The translations under genes and the position numbers were made by a program. The notes below the pieces were generated by a model. That model was not told the DNA's origin and did not search any database. It worked only from the letters and a program-made list of their open reading frames with translations. A stretch of DNA of 64,000 nt from Planctomycetota bacterium (lineage in GTDB: Bacteria > Planctomycetota > GCA-002687715 > CAIWVZ01), in contig JBGANV010000003.1 of assembly GCA_044222185.1 (NCBI GenBank), positions 224,001 to 288,000 of the forward strand, in the 5' to 3' direction. Below, piece after piece: positions 59,418 to 64,000 of this stretch; within the stretch, counting starts at the first letter, position 1, and each line of letters begins with the position of its first letter.

Positions 59418-61031
59418 ATGAAGAAGGGACCCAGGGTCAGCCTCTGCATGATCGCGCGTGACGAGGCGGCCACGATCGCCCGCGCACTCGATGCCGCTCG
59501 TCCATTCGTCGACGAGATGATCGTCGTCGACACCGGATCGGCCGACGACACACGCGCCATCGCGATGGCGCACGGCGCACGAGTCATCGACGAGCCGTGG
59601 GCGGACGACTTCGCCAAGGCCCGAAATAAATCCCTGGACGCGGCGACGGGCGACTTCGCGCTCGTTCTCGACGCGGACGAGTTCATGGATGCGCGGAGCG
59701 GCCGGGAGATGCGCGAGGCCGTCCGCCGGCACAAGACCTACGGCGTGTTCCTACCGATCATCAACCGGTTCGAGGACGGCCGGGTGATCCCCACGCTCAT
59801 CATGCGTTGCTTCGTCCTGCGGAAGGATCTGCGTTTCAAGAACCGGATCCACGAGCAGGTGATCGACGCGCTCAACGAGATCGCCGTCGCCGAGGGCGGC
59901 AAGCTGATCAAGGTCGAGGGCGAAGTGACGCACGTCGGCTACCGCAAGGAGATCGTCGCAAGCCGGCAGAAGAACGAGCGGAACCGCCGGATCTTCGAAC
60001 TTGCGGTCGCAGACGACCCGACCAACGTGTACCTGGCCTACAAGTTCGCCGACTTCCTCCGGCAGTTCCCCGAAGAATCGGAGCGGGCCCGCGCGATCCT
60101 GCAGAAGGCCGCCGAGGACGTCGCCGCGTTGCCGAAGGCCAAGGCCCGAGATCTTCCGTTCGCCGGAGAGATCTTCGCATTGCTCGCGCAGTTGACGCGC
60201 GATGCCGGTGACCCGCGCCGCGGGCTGGAGATCGCGGAGCAGGGGTTTGCCGTGACCGACGTCACGACGAACCTGCGCTTCATCCGAGCGTCGCTCGCCG
60301 TCGATCTCGGGGACGCGCGCACTGCCGCCCGTGAGTTCCGCAACTGTCGCGAGGCACATGGCAAGGTGCTCGTGATCCCCGCTCAGCCCGGCGTGACGAG
60401 CACGCTCTCCGGCGCCGGGCTGGCGCGTGCCCTCCAGATGCTGGAGGAGCACGACGCAGCTCGAGCGGCGATCGAGACCGTCATGGCCGAGGTCGATGAT
60501 CGGAACGAGGCGCTGGACTTCTGGCTCGAGTGTTCCCGCCGATCGGGGCAGTTGAACGCGGCCTTCGGCTTCATCACTGGCTGGCTGACGAAGAACCCGT
60601 CGGACTCGCATGCCTGGTTCGTCGGCGGTCAGCTGCTCTTCGCCGCGCAGATGTTCGCGGAAGCACGCAAGTGGCTTGCCCGCGCGGCAGCGGACCCCAA
60701 CGAACGCGACGCCGCGCGTGGCTGGATCGCCGAGTCGTTCGTGCACGAGTGCAACCTGGACGAGGCGCTGGCAGCGGCCGCCGCGGCGCCTTCCGATCCA
60801 CGGGCGCAGGCCGTCATTGCGGCCGTCAGCGTGGCCGCCGACGTGGAAGTCCCGAGCCTCGTACACCATTGCGACGTCCGCGTGAAGGACGCCTTCCGGA
60901 CGATGGTCCGCAACCTGCAGATGACGGCCGGGGCGCCTGTCGCCGCTCGCCTCGATCGGGCGCGGACGGAGATGAAGGTCTTCGATCCCGCGGGGATGGA
61001 GCTGGTCGTCGACGCATTCGCCGTGGCGTGA
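59418..61031 (+). CDS. GT2 glycosyltransferase with TPR repeats (candidate flagellin glycosyltransferase)
   Basis: VSLCMIARDE, VVDTGSADDT, WADDFAKARN, LDADE, IHEQ, HVGY. Confidence 0.85.
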   Translation: MKKGPRVSLCMIARDEAATIARALDAARPFVDEMIVVDTGSADDTRAIAMAHGARVIDEPWADDFAKARNKSLDAATGDFALVLDADEFMDARSGREMREAVRRHKTYGVFLPIINRFEDGRVIPTLIMRCFVLRKDLRFKNRIHEQVIDALNEIAVAEGGKLIKVEGEVTHVGYRKEIVASRQKNERNRRIFELAVADDPTNVYLAYKFADFLRQFPEESERARAILQKAAEDVAALPKAKARDLPFAGEIFALLAQLTRDAGDPRRGLEIAEQGFAVTDVTTNLRFIRASLAVDLGDARTAAREFRNCREAHGKVLVIPAQPGVTSTLSGAGLARALQMLEEHDAARAAIETVMAEVDDRNEALDFWLECSRRSGQLNAAFGFITGWLTKNPSDSHAWFVGGQLLFAAQMFAEARKWLARAAADPNERDAARGWIAESFVHECNLDEALAAAAAAPSDPRAQAVIAAVSVAADVEVPSLVHHCDVRVKDAFRTMVRNLQMTAGAPVAARLDRARTEMKVFDPAGMELVVDAFAVA

Positions 61032-61050
61032 CGCGACGCCCACCGGCGGA

Positions 61051-62307
61051 TCAGTCGCCAGTCGGTCTCACGCGGCCGCTCGGCGTGAGCCTCTCGCTCA
61101 CGCGTGCGGCCTCCTCCGCGAGCTCGCCGCCGAACGCCGCTGCACGCAGGCGGAAGAAGAACCACGAGTCCTGGAAGTAGTCGCGGTGCGAAAGCTGCGA
61201 GAGCATCTGCTTGCGGCGCGGCGTCTCAGGCTGACGTTTGAAGAGGCGGCGCTGCGACAGCATGACCTGGCGGACGCGATAGGCATCGCGGCGTGCCATA
61301 CGCAGTCGCTGTGCGATGTCCGTCAAGCCGTCGACCGTCGACAACGACGGAGGGGCGTTCCCCCCGGATTCGATCTCCTCCTCGTACAGCGGCGAGAACA
61401 GCACGGCGAAGATCCGGGCGTTCGTCACGGCCTCGCCATCGCGGACGGCGTCGTCGAAGGCCCGAAGCATACGCCAGTAGCCCTGAAACGCCGCGGCATC
61501 CGGCCGCGATGCGAGGTCATCGAGTGCCGCATGAAGCTCGGGCAGCATCACCTCGAGCAACCCGGTGCGGAAGAGGAGACGCACGGCGTCGTGACCGCCG
61601 CCGAGGTTCATCAGCCGCAAGATCTCCTCGAGCACGCGCGGCTGCGCGGCACGCTCCACTTCCCGGCGGCAGTCGACGATCGCTTCGTAGACGTCGTCGG
61701 CGAGACGGAACCCGAGCCGCCCTGCGAATTTCACGGCCCTCAGCATGCGGACCGGATCCTCGCGGAAGCGGATCCAGGGATCACCGATCGTCTCGATGAC
61801 GCGGCGGTCGAGATCGGCCATGCCGCCCACGTAATCGATGACGCACGCCGTCTGGGTGTCGTAGAAGAGCCCGTTGATCGTGAAGTCGCGCCGGCGCGCA
61901 TCCTCCTCGGGTGTGCCGAAGGTGTTGTCTTGTTGGATGAGGAGATCCGTTCCGTCGGCGGGAGGCTCGGCGGCGCTGCGGAACGTGGAAACCTCCAGGA
62001 TCTTGTCGGCGAACGTCACCTGAACGAGGCGGAACCGGCGCCCGATGATCCGGCTGTTGCGGAAGAGCCGTTTGACCTGGCGCGGGGTGGCGTCGGTCGC
62101 GATGTCGAAGTCCTTCGGGCGGAGATCCAGGAGCAGGTCCCGCACGCTGCCGCCGCACAGAAAGCTCTTGAAGCCGTACCGGTTCAGCCGGTTCAGCACC
62201 TTGACCGCGTCTGGGCAGATGGCGTTGACGCGGTCGAGGACGTGGGGCTCATGCCCCGTGGTTTCCGGGTTCCGCACGCCGCCGCCGTTCCGTGTCGCGA
62301 CTGTCAA
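61051..62307 (-). CDS. pcnB: Poly(A) polymerase I
   Basis: GGSVRD...PKDFDIAT, PAP signature IIGRRFRLVQV, RRDFTIN, EDPVRMLRA; start uncertain. Confidence 0.88.
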   Translation of the reverse strand: MTVATRNGGGVRNPETTGHEPHVLDRVNAICPDAVKVLNRLNRYGFKSFLCGGSVRDLLLDLRPKDFDIATDATPRQVKRLFRNSRIIGRRFRLVQVTFADKILEVSTFRSAAEPPADGTDLLIQQDNTFGTPEEDARRRDFTINGLFYDTQTACVIDYVGGMADLDRRVIETIGDPWIRFREDPVRMLRAVKFAGRLGFRLADDVYEAIVDCRREVERAAQPRVLEEILRLMNLGGGHDAVRLLFRTGLLEVMLPELHAALDDLASRPDAAAFQGYWRMLRAFDDAVRDGEAVTNARIFAVLFSPLYEEEIESGGNAPPSLSTVDGLTDIAQRLRMARRDAYRVRQVMLSQRRLFKRQPETPRRKQMLSQLSHRDYFQDSWFFFRLRAAAFGGELAEEAARVSERLTPSGRVRPTGD

Positions 62308-62489
62308 GCTCGTGGTGGGTGGCCGGGTTCGTCACCGGCCCTGGGATTCACGTGTCATCCGCCGTCATCGGTGGGTCACGGACTCGGTGCGCATGATACT
62401 GCCGAGACAAGCGGCTGCCAGTCGGCGGCCGGCGCCCTGAAGTCGCAAGGAGTTCGGCTATGATCCCGCGCTTCTGGAAAGGCGCGACG

Positions 62490-64000
62490 ATGCAGCATGC
62501 AAAGTGTCCGGCCTGCGGGGCCGGTTTCGAGGTCGACTTTGAGCCGGGGACCGAGTTCACCTGCGGCGGGTGCGGCGGAACCGTCGTGGTCCCTGCACCC
62601 GAGGCGCCGAGGGCGCCGGCAGCGGCACGACCGCCGGTCGGCCGACCGCCAGTAGGGCGCCCCGCTCAACCGGCGCGGTCGGCGCCACGACCGGGCGCTG
62701 CGGCCCCCCGCCCTGCACGAGCCGCCGCAGGCGCACGGGACCCGGCCCCCGCGAAGAAGCCCCCGAACATGCTTCTCATCGGCGGCGCAGGCGCGGCCCT
62801 CGTGATCGGCGTCGTGCTCTTCATCGTCCTCGGCGGCGGTGACAAGTCGCCGAAGCAGTCGCCCGCGACCTCGGGCAACTCGGGAACCACCGGCACGGCG
62901 GCGCAGAAGCCCGAGACGGTGCCCGCCAAGGTGCCGGACCCTCCGAAGAAGCCCCGCCCGACCGAACCCCTCGCTGCGGCGCGCTACGACGCCGAGCAGC
63001 CCAACGCCGGAGCCACGGAATTCCTGGCACTCGCGAACATGCTGTGGTCCGAGATGACGACGGCTCAGGGCGCTGGAGACAACGACAAGGTCAAGTCGCT
63101 TCGGGAGGAGGCGCTGAAGGCCTACGAGAGCGTGCTCCGCATCGAGAAGTCCCAGCCGACCGCACGGGAGCGGCTCGGGTTCGTGCCCTTCGTCCTCGCC
63201 GACGCTGAGGGATACGCCAAGGCCGAGTACCTCCCGCGGAAGCTCCGACAGGACATCTCCGACACCATCGACCAGATGAAGAGCGACGCCGGGGGCAAGG
63301 ATCTCCCGGCGACGATCTGGCTCAATCCCCGCTCGGAGAGGCAGAAAGACCTGGCGAACGACTGGCGCAAGGTGCTTCGCGAGGCCGAGCGGCGCACGAA
63401 GGTGGAGCGAGAGAAGGCGACGGATCCGTTCTACAAGCGCAGCGAGAGCCTCGTCGCGGGCGTCGAGAAGGACGTCGGCGACTTCCTCAAGCGGCGAGGC
63501 GTCGAGGGCAACTGCTTCGTCGGCTTTCCGTTCAAGCCGTTCGTGATCATCGTCCAACGAGACAAGAACTACGACCCCGAGGCCGTCGCCATGCGTTGGG
63601 GCGAGACTCTCGAGCAGTTGCGGGACACGTTCTTCGAGCGCTTCGGCAAGAAGTTCAACCTCGCCGAGATGGATCGGCCGACGCCGGTGCTCGTGCTCCG
63701 TTACGACTCGGATTACTCCAAGTACCTCCGCAAGTCGGACAGCCGAGCGCAGATCAGCAGCGCTGCCCACTTCGAGCCGTGGTCGAAGCGGCTCGTCACC
63801 TGGGCCGAGGTCGACAACACGGACAGCAAGACGCAGAAGGGAATCAGCGAGGACGAGGTCCGAACGACCCTGTTCCACGAGGGAACGCACCAGCTGATGG
63901 ACTTCTACACCACGCAGCGCCTCACCAACTCGGGCGAGTCGCTGTGGTTCTCCGAAGGAATCGCGGACTACTTCGGAGGTCACGGACGTGCGTGGGACAC
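62490..64000 (+). CDS. Partial (3'-truncated) zinc-ribbon / TM / DUF1570-like zincin protein
   Basis: Not in the ORF track because it runs off the end. MQHAKCPACG...TCGGCG zinc ribbon, Pro-rich linker, TM, then LFHEGTHQL...WFSEGIADYF. Confidence 0.8.
   Translation, partial: MQHAKCPACGAGFEVDFEPGTEFTCGGCGGTVVVPAPEAPRAPAAARPPVGRPPVGRPAQPARSAPRPGAAAPRPARAAAGARDPAPAKKPPNMLLIGGAGAALVIGVVLFIVLGGGDKSPKQSPATSGNSGTTGTAAQKPETVPAKVPDPPKKPRPTEPLAAARYDAEQPNAGATEFLALANMLWSEMTTAQGAGDNDKVKSLREEALKAYESVLRIEKSQPTARERLGFVPFVLADAEGYAKAEYLPRKLRQDISDTIDQMKSDAGGKDLPATIWLNPRSERQKDLANDWRKVLREAERRTKVEREKATDPFYKRSESLVAGVEKDVGDFLKRRGVEGNCFVGFPFKPFVIIVQRDKNYDPEAVAMRWGETLEQLRDTFFERFGKKFNLAEMDRPTPVLVLRYDSDYSKYLRKSDSRAQISSAAHFEPWSKRLVTWAEVDNTDSKTQKGISEDEVRTTLFHEGTHQLMDFYTTQRLTNSGESLWFSEGIADYFGGHGRAWD

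Noticed and set aside
61051-62307. CCA-adding enzyme
   Set aside because: Has the poly(A) polymerase signature IIGRRFRLVQV.
797-63983. Many long antisense/alternate-frame ORFs (e.g. 797..2194, 19256..22051, 22786..25020, 41412..43919, 62376..63983)
   Set aside because: Arg/Ala/Gly-rich shadows of well-supported genes on the opposite strand, expected at high GC; no recognisable motifs.

Overview
High-GC bacterial window. It is most likely from an uncultured Planctomycetota lineage (inferred from membrane Ser/Thr kinases, a membrane-tethered ECF sigma fusion, a DUF1570-like zincin and many Gly/Pro/Thr-rich secreted proteins). The left half has a complete Rrf2-sufBCDSU-sufT Fe-S operon, a PLP aminotransferase, GTP-type PEP carboxykinase, a Tat-exported three-subunit xanthine-dehydrogenase-family (PaoABC-like) molybdoenzyme with a coupled Cys-rich fourth ORF, two membrane Ser/Thr kinases (one TPR-rich, one ending in a degenerate cyclophilin) and several secreted proteins sharing an unnamed C-terminal domain. 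The right half has a flagellar locus: an atypical sigma54 activator, a sigma54 promoter, three uncharacterised membrane/periplasmic TPR-like genes, a sensor kinase and sigma54 response regulator, then flgBC-fliEFGHIJ, a motE-like gene, motA and two motB paralogs. fliL is displaced about 7 kb downstream. A divergent operon has fliD-fliS, two small ORFs and a GT2-TPR glycosyltransferase; pcnB and a truncated zinc-ribbon/zincin gene end the window. Best candidates for something new: (1) a putative periplasmic flagellar stator scaffold (three TPR-type genes plus MotE-like) with two MotB paralogs whose peptidoglycan-binding motifs are degenerate in complementary ways; (2) a shared C-terminal domain on at least five unrelated secreted proteins or gene remnants (possible sorting/anchoring signal); (3) a kinase-pseudocyclophilin fusion; (4) a recurrent ES(R/K)P motif in extracytoplasmic linkers. 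No rRNA, tRNA, CRISPR array or transposase was recognised. All calls are by-eye motif recognition; no database search was run.
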